A stretch of 64,000 nucleotides of DNA from Candidatus Saccharimonadota bacterium (GCA_012965045.1 DTSZ01000001.1:684024-748023); one strand, 5' to 3'. Positions 27,124-37,143 are shown, counted from the first letter of the stretch. A program made the numbers and translations. Notes: a model not told the origin generated them from the sequence alone.

Positions 27124-27669
27124 ATGAAAACTAAACTAATTTTGACCAGTGCAATTTTGGCTGTTTTACTCACCACCACATACCTCTACTATTCTGCGCG
27201 AACTGATAATAAAAACGAATCTGAGGTTACTCAAACTGATCAAACCATCGATTACTCTCCGGCAACCGACGAAGACCAAGAGCAAGCAGACCGACTTAAG
27301 CAAGAGTTGATCGAAAATTCAGATTCAGAATCGAATACAGATGAAAAAACTAACCAAACTACTAACGAACCGTCAGAAGCAAAGGACGATATTAACGTAG
27401 TACTTACGTTCATAGAAGACCGAGGAAACAAAATCGTTGCCTCGGCATTTGCCCAGACAACAAAAAATGGCCAGTGTATTTTAGAAATAAGCAACGCATC
27501 ACAAACCAGCCAATACACCGCCGACCCAATATTCAACGTTAATAAATATGACTGTCGTTTTGATTTTGAACAGCCGCAAATAAGTAACGGAATCTATAGC
27601 GCAGAGATTACTTACAAAACAAACACTTCAGAAAGCAGATCTAATTCACTCGAGTTCGAGGTTCAGTAA
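27124..27669 (+). CDS. membrane-anchored or secreted hypothetical protein
   Basis: Start moved to MKTKLILTSAILAVLL (signal/anchor). Acidic linker, then a ~90-aa Cys-containing domain. TAATG overlap with the next gene. Confidence 0.55.
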   Translation: MKTKLILTSAILAVLLTTTYLYYSARTDNKNESEVTQTDQTIDYSPATDEDQEQADRLKQELIENSDSESNTDEKTNQTTNEPSEAKDDINVVLTFIEDRGNKIVASAFAQTTKNGQCILEISNASQTSQYTADPIFNVNKYDCRFDFEQPQISNGIYSAEITYKTNTSESRSNSLEFEVQ

Positions 27670-29837
27670 TGTTTAAACCGATACTCTACACACTAGTCAT
27701 AACATTAACTTCGCTTGTATTTTACGGGCAAGTAAATGCTGTAGACCCCAGTGACTTTGAGGCAGGGCGCATAATTGACGACGCAGTTTTTACCGACAAA
27801 ACCGCCATGAACGTAAATGAAATCCAAGCTTTCTTAGACGCAAAAATGCCAAATTGTGATGTTAACGGAACTGGAACATCACCTTGGTATGCACCCGATT
27901 ATGATGGCGACGGAAAACAAGAACGCTGGGAATATGGTCAGTATAAAGGCAACCCTACACCGTTCACCTGCCTAAAAGATTATGTCGAAAATCCAACGAC
28001 ACAAGTAAATAATTACGGTGGCGGTTCAGTTTCTGGCGGCAAAACAGCTGCAGAGATTATTTGGCAAGCTGCACAAGACCATGACATAAATCCACAGGTG
28101 CTACTAGTAACCTTGCAAAAAGAAAGTTCCTTGGTCACAGATGCATGGCCGTTTGAGCGCCAGTTCGACCGTGCCATGGGGTACGCGTGTCCGGACTCTG
28201 GCCCTAATAACTCCGCTAACTGCGACGAGAGCCACTATGGCTTTGCGAATCAAATAAATAAAGCTGCTTGGCAATTTAGACGCTACCTAACCTACCCGGA
28301 CAATTACAATTTTGCAGTTGGTAATCGCTACATCCAGTACAACCCTAGCGCGTCCTGTGGCGGCTCGACTGTAAACATTCAAACAGCAGTCACAGCGGCT
28401 CTATATAATTACACTCCTTACCAGCCAAACCAAGCAGCCTTAAACAACTACCCTGGGACCGCTTCGTGTGGAGCCTATGGGAACAGAAATTTTTGGTTTA
28501 CTTTCAATGAGTGGTTTGGCGGAACTAGACTTGATGACTATTCACTGACTGAAGTAAACATTACTCCGACCGTAGATATAGTTGAGGGAGGAGAAAGGGC
28601 TTTTGCAGTCAGGCTTAAAAATACAGGTGCATTCACTTTACACGAAGCTGGAACTAATGGCAGCGACGAGGTAAGGATTGTCACTAGCCCACTTGGGAGG
28701 AATAGTACTGTCTCAGGTAGCTATGAGTCAAAAACAAAGGCAACTTCAGTATTGCATTCAGTTTATGAGAGTGACGGGGTTACACTCTCTGAAGATCAAA
28801 ACACTATTGAAACAAACGAAATAGGGCGATTTGTAGTTAGAATATCAATACCCGAGGACTTTGAACCTGGTGCTTTCACAGAAATCTTAGCCGCTAGACT
28901 CGATAACCGCATGAATATATCGGATCCATTTGAATTTAATATTAACATTCTAGAAAAAAAATATTCCGCGTCCTTCGGTGGTAGTAGTTTAAATCTGTCC
29001 GGCAAACCCGGCGAAACAGTCGCTGCTGCAGTACGATATAAAAACACTGGAAATACTACATGGTATGACTTCACATCACGTCCAGACAGCTCAACTCGTC
29101 CGTTTGTTTTAGCAACTGCTAAACCAACAAATAGGATAAGCCCCTTCAATGACAGCTTTGATGGCAGAGCAAGACCCTCATTAACTATTGACCAGGTATT
29201 TGAAGCAGACGGAATTACGCTGTCGCCAACTCAAAACGTAGTGAAGCCTGGTCAAATTGCAAGATTTAGATTCATCTTGAATATTCCCGAAAACATAAAA
29301 CCTGGCATTTACGATGAGTGGGTTAAGCCATTATTTGAAGGAGCTAAATTTGAATTTAGTACCCCCAGCAACAGAATACGTATAAATGTACAAGAAAGCA
29401 CCTACGCATATATCGAAGTTGCGCACACTCCTAGCGTAGAGTTAACGTCCGGCGAAACAGTCGCTGCTGCAGTACGATATAAAAACACTGGAAATACTAC
29501 ATGGTATGACTTCACATCACGTCCAGACAGCTCAACTCGTCCGTTTGTTTTAGCAACTGCTAAACCAACAAATAGGATAAGCCCCTTCAATGACAGCTTT
29601 GATGGCAGAGCAAGACCCTCATTAACTATTGACCAGGTATTTGAAGCAGACGGAATTACGCTGTCGCCAACTCAAAACGTAGTGAAGCCTGGTCAAATTG
29701 CAAGATTTAGATTTTTAATCACAGCACCTTCTGATATTAATCAAGGCACTTATTTTGAGTATTTTAGGCCACTTTTCGAGGGCGCAAATTTTGCTTACCC
29801 ATACACCGATTTTAATCTCCGAATCAACATAGAGTAA
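27669..29837 (+). CDS. secreted multidomain protein: N-terminal possible cell-wall glycosidase-like domain plus three ~147-aa Ig-like (NBR1-like?) modules
   Basis: Signal peptide. N-domain with LLVTLQKESSLV and conserved Cys. Three tandem modules, each containing xxKNTG...; modules 2 and 3 share an identical 88-aa core. Confidence 0.75.
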   Translation: MFKPILYTLVITLTSLVFYGQVNAVDPSDFEAGRIIDDAVFTDKTAMNVNEIQAFLDAKMPNCDVNGTGTSPWYAPDYDGDGKQERWEYGQYKGNPTPFTCLKDYVENPTTQVNNYGGGSVSGGKTAAEIIWQAAQDHDINPQVLLVTLQKESSLVTDAWPFERQFDRAMGYACPDSGPNNSANCDESHYGFANQINKAAWQFRRYLTYPDNYNFAVGNRYIQYNPSASCGGSTVNIQTAVTAALYNYTPYQPNQAALNNYPGTASCGAYGNRNFWFTFNEWFGGTRLDDYSLTEVNITPTVDIVEGGERAFAVRLKNTGAFTLHEAGTNGSDEVRIVTSPLGRNSTVSGSYESKTKATSVLHSVYESDGVTLSEDQNTIETNEIGRFVVRISIPEDFEPGAFTEILAARLDNRMNISDPFEFNINILEKKYSASFGGSSLNLSGKPGETVAAAVRYKNTGNTTWYDFTSRPDSSTRPFVLATAKPTNRISPFNDSFDGRARPSLTIDQVFEADGITLSPTQNVVKPGQIARFRFILNIPENIKPGIYDEWVKPLFEGAKFEFSTPSNRIRINVQESTYAYIEVAHTPSVELTSGETVAAAVRYKNTGNTTWYDFTSRPDSSTRPFVLATAKPTNRISPFNDSFDGRARPSLTIDQVFEADGITLSPTQNVVKPGQIARFRFLITAPSDINQGTYFEYFRPLFEGANFAYPYTDFNLRINIE
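29008..29713 (+). repeat. perfect 265-bp direct duplication (29008-29272 and 29449-29713), in frame inside the 722-aa gene
   Basis: Base-by-base reading shows the two copies are identical. The offset is 441 bp, which is 147 codons. Confidence 0.95.
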
Positions 29838-30181
29838 AAATAACTAGTTCTTATTAATACTTATTTATGTGGAGTCGTGCTGTCATTAACTCCTTTAGCG
29901 GCTTTAAGATAAAAGCGGAAGCTTAAATACATAACTGTTCGCTCGAATTTTGATGTCACTACCGTCAAAGAGTTCGCTATTCATAATTAACTTCTGGAAT
30001 CCAACATCATCGGTAAAATAGTCTTGGGTTAAGTAAAACCAAAATTGCCACATGAACATTATTACTACATTTAGCAGGAAGAAGCCCTTCACAGAAGAGA
30101 GTTACATAATCTTAATGGAGATACTTTGACTGCATCTGTTAACGCTACTGATCGGTTTTCTTCTGACCTCATTTTCATGAA

Positions 30182-31240
30182 TCATTTATTTGCACCTCTT
30201 AGTGCAGCCTTCAACAGATCTACGTTTTTCTCCGCAAGAATCTGCAGCTCTTTTACTTTGGATGTTTCAGCAGCCTCTAGTCTGACAGCAGGATCAGAAA
30301 AAAGACTCAATTTTCTTTTTAAATCGTCTAACTGATTTAAGTCTACGTATTGTTTTTTAAGAACTTTATCGTCTGCCATGCAAAGTCTATATTGTTTACC
30401 ACCTTTTGAACCTATGGGTAAAATAGGTTTCTTTGCAAGAATTGCTAAGATAATTGAATGAAAACGCACACCTATTACATAATCAACTTGTTTATACGCC
30501 CACCACAGTTTTGAAATATCTTTCGGGCTCTTATAGTTAATGACTGTAATTTTATGTTTTGATTTGAGTCTGTCGATATATCCTTTGTCGTCTCCCGAAT
30601 GCTGCAAGAACCAGAAATCGTATTTATCGTTGTTTCTATTAATGAAATCATCAATAATTTTTTCGAAATTGCTTATAAACTTTTTAAAACTTTCGCCTTT
30701 TACTTTTTTTAAGTCAACTAATGAAAGTCCGATGATAGGTTTTCTCTTGCGATAAAGGTATTTTCTTGGGCTACTCCATTTTGGAAGCCAGTTATCTGCT
30801 AAAAAAGCAATATCTTGCGTTGTAACGGCGTTATTGATGCCTATTTCATTCAATAGCGCTTTATCTGATTCACTTCTAACACTAAGTACATCCAGCTTGG
30901 ACAGATATTTCTTATATTGCTCTCTGCCATAGTCAGAAGCTATGCCCTGCACCCCCATTGAAATCGCTGCCTTTATTGTACGAGGTTCAGCAAATTTAAA
31001 ATAATCCATATAGTTTTTTACATTTGCTTTATCGGTATCATAAATTAAACCTCCGCCCCCTAGAACAACAACAGTCTTATCCTTTAATAAATTTTGAGCT
31101 ATAGGAGGGCTAGTAATTTCAATTTTTCCGATGGTTGTTGCAGCTTTAGAAATTGCATACTTAGTAGAAAGAGCGCATATGTCATCTCCCGCATTGCCGT
31201 ATTTGTACGCAGAAACTACGAGAACGTTGATTTTTTTCAA
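30182..31240 (-). CDS. polysaccharide pyruvyl transferase family protein
   Basis: N-terminal YGNAGDD motif and C-terminal VIGVRFHSIILAILAKKP, typical of CsaB/WcaK-type pyruvyl transferases. AT-rich codon usage. Confidence 0.8.
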   Translation of the reverse strand: MKKINVLVVSAYKYGNAGDDICALSTKYAISKAATTIGKIEITSPPIAQNLLKDKTVVVLGGGGLIYDTDKANVKNYMDYFKFAEPRTIKAAISMGVQGIASDYGREQYKKYLSKLDVLSVRSESDKALLNEIGINNAVTTQDIAFLADNWLPKWSSPRKYLYRKRKPIIGLSLVDLKKVKGESFKKFISNFEKIIDDFINRNNDKYDFWFLQHSGDDKGYIDRLKSKHKITVINYKSPKDISKLWWAYKQVDYVIGVRFHSIILAILAKKPILPIGSKGGKQYRLCMADDKVLKKQYVDLNQLDDLKRKLSLFSDPAVRLEAAETSKVKELQILAEKNVDLLKAALRGANK

Positions 31241-31277
31241 AATTAATTACCTTCCTATTATTCTGAGGGTTGCTACA

Positions 31278-32606
31278 ATGTATTGTATGAAAATATTATT
31301 TATATCACCAGACATTGAAGAAAAACCCAGAGGTATAAACTTTATACTTAAGCATTTGCTAGATTCTGCTAGTAGTAATGGAGATGAAGTCGGAATATTA
31401 ATTGGTCTTCCTGCCACCAATGTGTTTTCTGAATCTAAAATACTGCAAGACAAAATTCTTCATTTACACTTACAGCATTACCTTAAGGAAGGAAGAGGAA
31501 GTTTTCGATACTTTATAAAAGGCGGGTATCGAAAAAGAAATTTACTTAAATCTATTATAGCTGGACAAATTTTTAAGCCACTTCATTTTAAAATTAAACA
31601 AGAATATTTGTCGAGCGAACAGTCAATTGCCCATAAACTATCCTACGTAGTTCAGTCACCATATGTTTACCAATTCTTAACTCGAAATATCCCGTTAATA
31701 CCAAAAATTCAAATACGTAGATTGGTTAAAAAATTCAATATAGACTTAGTTGTTGTAGCAAGTCCTTCTATTATCGGTAAAAAGGATGTGAAAGGAGCTA
31801 AACTAGTTCATTTTATCCACGACTCCATGCCGTTTGAGCTACTTGAGACACCCCCAGATAACAACACCCCTACACGGTATGCAGAGCAGTTTTATAATGC
31901 TGTTACCGAATCAGACTTAATACTAGCGAATTCAGAAGATACTAAAAGTAAGGTGTTAGAAATAAAGAAAAATGCTCAAGTCAACGTCTTATACGGAGCA
32001 GCATCCAATTCAAATGATAAAACCAAAGAAACAAGCATTCTGGAAACATTGAATTTAAAACCGCAAGAGTATCATATATTCATATCTACTATAGAGAAGC
32101 GAAAAAATATATCTACACTATTGGATAGCTACGCGCTGGGTGGAGATAGGATAACAAAGAAGTTAGTATTAGTAGGTGGTGCTGGATATGGGATAGAGGA
32201 AATATATGAAAAATACAACTCTCTAACTTCATATGTTCAAGAGAAAATTATATTCACTGGCTACGTTAGTGAAGGTGATAAGTACACGCTATTATCGAAT
32301 TCATACTCTTTTATTTTTCCTTCACTGTATGAAGGTTTCGGTCTCCCGATAATTGAAGCCCAGCAAAACGGTGTGCCTGTCATAACAAGCAAAAAGGGCG
32401 CTTTAAAAGAAGCAGCAGGGGACGCTGCATTATTTATCGATGAACCGCGGGATGCAAATGAGATTTTAAGCAAAATCTGTACAATCGAATCAGATAGCAA
32501 TTTAAGAACAAATCTAATTGATAGAGGCACTAGAAATGCAAGAAAATTCACGATAAATAAATTCCAGGAACGACTCGAGCGGGCTTTAAATAATTTAAGA
32601 CAATAA
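31278..32606 (+). CDS. GT4-family glycosyltransferase
   Basis: FPSLYEGFGLPIIEAQQNGVPVITS motif. Start moved to ATG 31278 (GAGGG 9 nt upstream); the track start would overlap the divergent gene. Confidence 0.8.
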   Translation: MYCMKILFISPDIEEKPRGINFILKHLLDSASSNGDEVGILIGLPATNVFSESKILQDKILHLHLQHYLKEGRGSFRYFIKGGYRKRNLLKSIIAGQIFKPLHFKIKQEYLSSEQSIAHKLSYVVQSPYVYQFLTRNIPLIPKIQIRRLVKKFNIDLVVVASPSIIGKKDVKGAKLVHFIHDSMPFELLETPPDNNTPTRYAEQFYNAVTESDLILANSEDTKSKVLEIKKNAQVNVLYGAASNSNDKTKETSILETLNLKPQEYHIFISTIEKRKNISTLLDSYALGGDRITKKLVLVGGAGYGIEEIYEKYNSLTSYVQEKIIFTGYVSEGDKYTLLSNSYSFIFPSLYEGFGLPIIEAQQNGVPVITSKKGALKEAAGDAALFIDEPRDANEILSKICTIESDSNLRTNLIDRGTRNARKFTINKFQERLERALNNLRQ

Positions 32607-32622
32607 AAGGAATATGCTTTAA

Positions 32623-33570
32623 ATGACAAAAGGCAATATGAGCAACATTGATTACATGAAAAAACTAACTAAATCGTTAGTTAACTCGAACAATTCAAAT
32701 GAGAAGATTGAAGAAAAGCTAAACGAAGTACTTTTTTATTTAGATAGGGTCAAAAACTCAACCTCTCATTATATTGGTAATAATCAGTCGGTCGCTCAAT
32801 TATATACGGGTCAAAAGATAGTAGTTGATACAAGAGATATTTCAACATCACCTTCACTCATGTTTGAAGGTGTTTGGGAGCCCGAGATAACTAAAGTTTG
32901 GCGGACTTTCGTAAAAAAAGATTCTGTTGTAATTGATGTAGGCGCAAATTTTGGGTATTTTGGAATTATAGCGGGTGCCGATCTTGATAATAATACTGAC
33001 AATAATCTCCATTTTATAGAAGCAAATCCTAGTCTTACTCCTCTTATATATAAATCACTGTCTATTAATGGGCTGCTAAAAAATTCTAAAATTTGTCAAA
33101 AAGCAGTATCGTTTAAATCTAATAAGAAGGTTGATCTTCATATTTTGAGAGATATATGGGGGAGCTCAAGCTTAAACCCAGCAGACAAGTTAAAAACTTA
33201 TACAAAGGTAGACTTTGAAGTTGAAGATATCGTTAAGGTTAAAACTATAACGATAGATGACTACTGTAAAACTAATAGCTTAACAAGGGTCAACCTAGTA
33301 AAGCTTGATGTGGAAGGCCATGAAGTTGAAGCATACAAAGGCATGAAAAACACTATAAAAAACAACCCGCAACTAACAGTATTTTTAGAGTTTACGATAA
33401 ATGCATACAGCGATTCGGAGGCTTTCTTTAAAGATATAGCGCGAGATTTTGATAAGGTTTACGCGATAAAACATATTTCTGGAGAACTTATAGAGCTCAG
33501 GAAATATGAAGATCTTAAAAGTAGCGCTGGGAATGAGGATTGGGCTATGCTGGTGGCTGTAAATGGTTAA
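32623..33570 (+). CDS. FkbM-family SAM-dependent methyltransferase
   Basis: VIDVGANFGYFG SAM-binding motif and LVKLDVEGHE, both typical of the FkbM family. Confidence 0.8.
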   Translation: MTKGNMSNIDYMKKLTKSLVNSNNSNEKIEEKLNEVLFYLDRVKNSTSHYIGNNQSVAQLYTGQKIVVDTRDISTSPSLMFEGVWEPEITKVWRTFVKKDSVVIDVGANFGYFGIIAGADLDNNTDNNLHFIEANPSLTPLIYKSLSINGLLKNSKICQKAVSFKSNKKVDLHILRDIWGSSSLNPADKLKTYTKVDFEVEDIVKVKTITIDDYCKTNSLTRVNLVKLDVEGHEVEAYKGMKNTIKNNPQLTVFLEFTINAYSDSEAFFKDIARDFDKVYAIKHISGELIELRKYEDLKSSAGNEDWAMLVAVNG

Positions 33571-34402
33571 CAGCAATAACTTAAAAATTACTCACGTTTC
33601 TTCGAATGATTCTCCTAAAATAAAGAAAGAGATAACTGAAAATAAGGAACTTATATATTTTTTTACATGGCGTCAGTTTAAGATACGGTATAAGCAGACT
33701 CACCTCGGAGTGGTTTGGGCGGTAATACAACCTTTGATCTACATGATAATTCTTAGCGTAATAATAATTCGCGGATTCAGTGTTGATTTCGGTCATCCAG
33801 GCACTAGCCCCGCTCTGTCCGTATTCGCGAGCTTGATCATTTGGTCATATTTTGAAAAAAATATCAGCTCTGCAACTACTAGTTTGGTCTCAAATGCAAG
33901 CTTACTAAGAAAAATTTACATACCCCGCTTCATACCCGTTCTCTCCATGGTGTTAGTTGGATTAATAGACTTCTTGTTTCCTTTTAGCTTTTTTTTAATT
34001 TTGAATCTATTACTTGATAATAACTTTAATCCATTGGGTCTTCTTATTATGTTTCCGCTCTTGTTCCTGATGGCTACATTGCTTTTTGGAGCTGGTCTTT
34101 TTATGGGTACCTTAAACTTAAAATATAGAGATGCTCAGTTGGTAATGCCATTTATAATAAGAGTTTTGTTCTTCACTACCCCTATTTTTTATCCTATAAG
34201 CTTTTTACCAGAAAAACTCCAACTTCTCGCACAACTAAACCCCCTTACGCCTTTAATCACGGCTTTCAGAGATGGTTTCTATAGTCCAGCCTCTATTGAT
34301 ATACGCTTTTTGGCTCTTAGTGGCGTAACTAGCATTCTAGTAGTGGTATTTTCAATTCTATTTTATAAGAAAAAAATTAACAGTTATGTGGATGCATTAT
34401 GA
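33563..34402 (+). CDS. wzm: ABC-2 type polysaccharide/teichoic-acid export permease (Wzm/TagG-like)
   Basis: FFTWRQFKIRYKQTHLGVVWAVIQPL signature and 6 TM helices. 8-nt overlap with the upstream gene and 4-nt overlap with the downstream ATPase. Confidence 0.85.
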   Translation: MVNSNNLKITHVSSNDSPKIKKEITENKELIYFFTWRQFKIRYKQTHLGVVWAVIQPLIYMIILSVIIIRGFSVDFGHPGTSPALSVFASLIIWSYFEKNISSATTSLVSNASLLRKIYIPRFIPVLSMVLVGLIDFLFPFSFFLILNLLLDNNFNPLGLLIMFPLLFLMATLLFGAGLFMGTLNLKYRDAQLVMPFIIRVLFFTTPIFYPISFLPEKLQLLAQLNPLTPLITAFRDGFYSPASIDIRFLALSGVTSILVVVFSILFYKKKINSYVDAL

Positions 34403-35589
34403 GGAAAGAAGTAGCAGTCAGTATAAGCAATATATCAAAGTCCTTTGTTAATAAAGGGTCATCGAACGACGAAGATATCTTCTGGGCGCTCGACGACATC
34501 TCCTTTGATGTGTATAAAGGTGAAACTCTAGGCATTATAGGGCCTAATGGTGCAGGTAAATCCACCCTCTTGAAAATCCTCTCTAAAGTAATTTCCCCTA
34601 CTACTGGAACGGCATCATTAAGAGGTCGAGTTTCTAGTCTTTTAGAGGTAGGAACTGGTTTTCATCCCGAGCTAACAGGGTTCGAAAATATATATTTTAA
34701 TGGTTCGTTATTAGGAATGTCTCGTAAAGAGATAGAAGCAAATATCGATGATATTATAAGTTTTGCAGATATAGGGGACTACATCCATGAACCAATTAAG
34801 CATTATTCGTCAGGAATGCGAGTTAGGCTTGGTTTCTCGATTGCCTCCCAATTAGACCCAGAAATCTTAATAATTGACGAGGCATTATCTGTTGGGGACA
34901 GAGATTTTCAAAAAAAATCAATTAAAAAAATGAATGATACTGCTAACTCGGGTAAAACAGTGATATTTGTCTCTCACTCCATTAACTCCATTAAATCTAT
35001 ATGCGATAGGGCAGCGTACTTAAATAAGGGTAGACTAATAAAAATCGGTGAAACCAATACTGTTATAGATGAATATGTTGGACAAATTAGTAAAAACTTT
35101 ACAACCAGATGGACCAAGCCTAAAGGCAAAGATATTTATATCGATTCACTTCCAATTATCCCAACGGAGATTTCGTTGACTGCAAAGAAAAAGGAGGTAG
35201 TTAAAGCCAGTATTTCACATTCCGATCAAATTTATGTCAAAATGAAGGTAGATGTACGAGAGAACAGCAAAAACCTTTCTGTAGGCTTCAGCCTATTCGA
35301 TGATTTCAACAATCGGCTTTTTAGGAGCTCTCCAATGGACACTTTCGAAACGCTAGATATAGGAAAACATGAACTCACTGCGAGTGTTCCTTTAAATATA
35401 CTTAAGCCCGGTACTTACTACATAGCATTTGATTTAGACAAGAGAGGCACCGGATGGGTTGGCGACCCACGTCATCACGACATAAAAATAAAATTTAGAC
35501 TAGTGGAGGACGAGCAAAGTCCAAACCTATGGAAACTCGAACGCGAAGGACTCTTAAAACCTTCAGGGATCATATGGGAAATCAATTAA
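34399..35589 (+). CDS. wzt: polysaccharide export ABC transporter ATP-binding protein with C-terminal glycan-binding-type domain (Wzt/TagH-like)
   Basis: Walker A GPNGAGKST, signature YSSGM, Walker B ILIIDE, plus a ~150-aa beta-rich C-terminal extension as in Wzt. Confidence 0.85.
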   Translation: MRKEVAVSISNISKSFVNKGSSNDEDIFWALDDISFDVYKGETLGIIGPNGAGKSTLLKILSKVISPTTGTASLRGRVSSLLEVGTGFHPELTGFENIYFNGSLLGMSRKEIEANIDDIISFADIGDYIHEPIKHYSSGMRVRLGFSIASQLDPEILIIDEALSVGDRDFQKKSIKKMNDTANSGKTVIFVSHSINSIKSICDRAAYLNKGRLIKIGETNTVIDEYVGQISKNFTTRWTKPKGKDIYIDSLPIIPTEISLTAKKKEVVKASISHSDQIYVKMKVDVRENSKNLSVGFSLFDDFNNRLFRSSPMDTFETLDIGKHELTASVPLNILKPGTYYIAFDLDKRGTGWVGDPRHHDIKIKFRLVEDEQSPNLWKLEREGLLKPSGIIWEIN

Positions 35590-35602
35590 GACACTCCTAG
35601 AC

Positions 35603-36718
35603 ATGACGAAGTCAATTAGAGTAGACGCTACACCCTTTGTACGCCCATATACAGATGGCGTGGGTAGATATTCCATTGAATTACTTAAATCTTTATCGCA
35701 GCTAAAAGACTTTAATTATATCTTTGTGGGCTTCCTCGATGATGATTTTAGTCAAATTAAAACTTTTTTTCCGAACAGCAAAATCGTACGGCTACCGTTC
35801 CTCCGAAGAATTTGGACGCTAATATACAAAACCTTCCCAAAATTTATAAGCGCTTATGAGACAAAACAACCTTTTCTATACACTAATTTTGCTCAATTCC
35901 CTTACTTCAGTGAAAATGGATACGTTGTAATTCATGATCTTGCCTATATAGATAGACCCCGAGAAGTTTCTGAAAAGAATCGTCTCTATTTATCGAAAGT
36001 TGTGCCCTTAAGTACTTATAAGGCAAAAAAGGTCATCTGTGTCTCTGAATATACAAAGAGTAGAGTAATTGAAGTACTTAGTGTAGATAAGAACAAAGTT
36101 GAAGTTGTTGAAAATGCAGTAAACAGAGATTTTTTTCAGAATAAAACGAAGATTTTAAAATGGAAATCCGAGACATTACCACAAGACTATATTTTAGTGC
36201 TTGGGACAATTGAGCCACGAAAAAACTTGCTCAATATATTAATTGCATTCGATAAGTTGCCACACAAACTAACCAGCAAACACCCTTTGCTAATTGTGGG
36301 TAAGTTAGGGTGGAATAATTCAGAAATTATTAATAAAATCGATGAACTCAGAAGCAATAACAAGCCAGTATTGTGCACCGGTTATATGCCCGACCATCTT
36401 CTTCCTTCTATTTACAGTAATGCAAAATTACTTCTTTTTCCGAGTCTTTACGAGGGTTTTGGCTTGCCGGTAATTGAAGCGCAACTTTCAAAAACGCCAG
36501 TTATTACGAGTAATATTGAGCCAATGAAAAGCCTAGCTACCAAAAAAGCTTCAATTCTAGTTGACCCTTTCAAGACTGAAGAAATCACAAAAGCAATCGA
36601 ACTAATCCTTAATAACAAGGAATTGAGGGAAGAACTAATCAGTAGCGGCTGGGAAAATGCTAAAAAATATTCTTGGAAAGAATCTGCAAGAAAACTCAGC
36701 AACCTGCTAAGCCCTTAA
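35603..36718 (+). CDS. GT4-family glycosyltransferase
   Basis: FPSLYEGFGLPVIEAQLSKTPVITS motif; 371 aa. Confidence 0.8.
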   Translation: MTKSIRVDATPFVRPYTDGVGRYSIELLKSLSQLKDFNYIFVGFLDDDFSQIKTFFPNSKIVRLPFLRRIWTLIYKTFPKFISAYETKQPFLYTNFAQFPYFSENGYVVIHDLAYIDRPREVSEKNRLYLSKVVPLSTYKAKKVICVSEYTKSRVIEVLSVDKNKVEVVENAVNRDFFQNKTKILKWKSETLPQDYILVLGTIEPRKNLLNILIAFDKLPHKLTSKHPLLIVGKLGWNNSEIINKIDELRSNNKPVLCTGYMPDHLLPSIYSNAKLLLFPSLYEGFGLPVIEAQLSKTPVITSNIEPMKSLATKKASILVDPFKTEEITKAIELILNNKELREELISSGWENAKKYSWKESARKLSNLLSP

Positions 36719-36900
36719 TGAATTGAGATGATAGCTTTGAGTCATAGTCTCAATTCGCTCTAATGCTCTTGGCTTCTTGCTCAGTGCCAGAAGTATTGCT
36801 ACGCAACTCGTCTGCTGAGACTCCTTTCACGGCAGCAAGTGCATTTCTGCAAATTGTTAATTACATAACATAGCGGTGTGGCTTTAGCCGCCCTTCGCTT

Positions 36901-37143
36901 CTACTCGACTGGCTGAATAGAATCCTGCAGCGCCAAACGTGCTGGGCCCATCTTATGAAAAGTATCTGGATCAACCCCATGACTCTTTGCTAGAGCTTCA
37001 CGATATTGCGTGAGGCTCTTCCCAAATCCTTCTAATAGCGATGCGTGATCTTCTGGAGAAAGCACATCAAAATCTAAGCCCTTATTATTTACAAAATCAG
37101 CAAATGACCCTGGGTTTAAGTCTTCTATTTGTAATTCTTCCAT
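36901..37143 (-). CDS. small acidic hypothetical protein
   Basis: 80-aa ORF with an AAGAGGAG SD 6-7 nt upstream of the ATG. No family recognised. Confidence 0.55.
   Translation of the reverse strand: MEELQIEDLNPGSFADFVNNKGLDFDVLSPEDHASLLEGFGKSLTQYREALAKSHGVDPDTFHKMGPARLALQDSIQPVE

Noticed and set aside
28796-29590. Antisense ORFs 28796-29149 and 29402-29590, which share the identical N-terminus MKGLILFVGLAVAKTNGRVELSG...
   Set aside because: They are the reverse-strand shadow of the duplicated 265-bp module inside the 722-aa gene. Their identity simply reflects the duplication, and they have no start context or recognisable family.
29008-29713. The repeat pair as a diversity-generating retroelement (TR/VR), prompted by the Avd-like four-helix-bundle gene 4 kb upstream
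   Set aside because: The two copies are identical with no adenine-specific mismatches. Both are coding and in frame in the same gene. No reverse transcriptase is present in the window.
29904-30092. 62-aa minus-strand ORF (MKGFFLLNVVIMFMWQFWFYL...) at the left edge of the AT-rich island
   Set aside because: It could be a small membrane protein or a gene remnant, but it has no SD and no recognisable family. AT-rich DNA readily yields such ORFs, so the evidence is insufficient for a CDS call.
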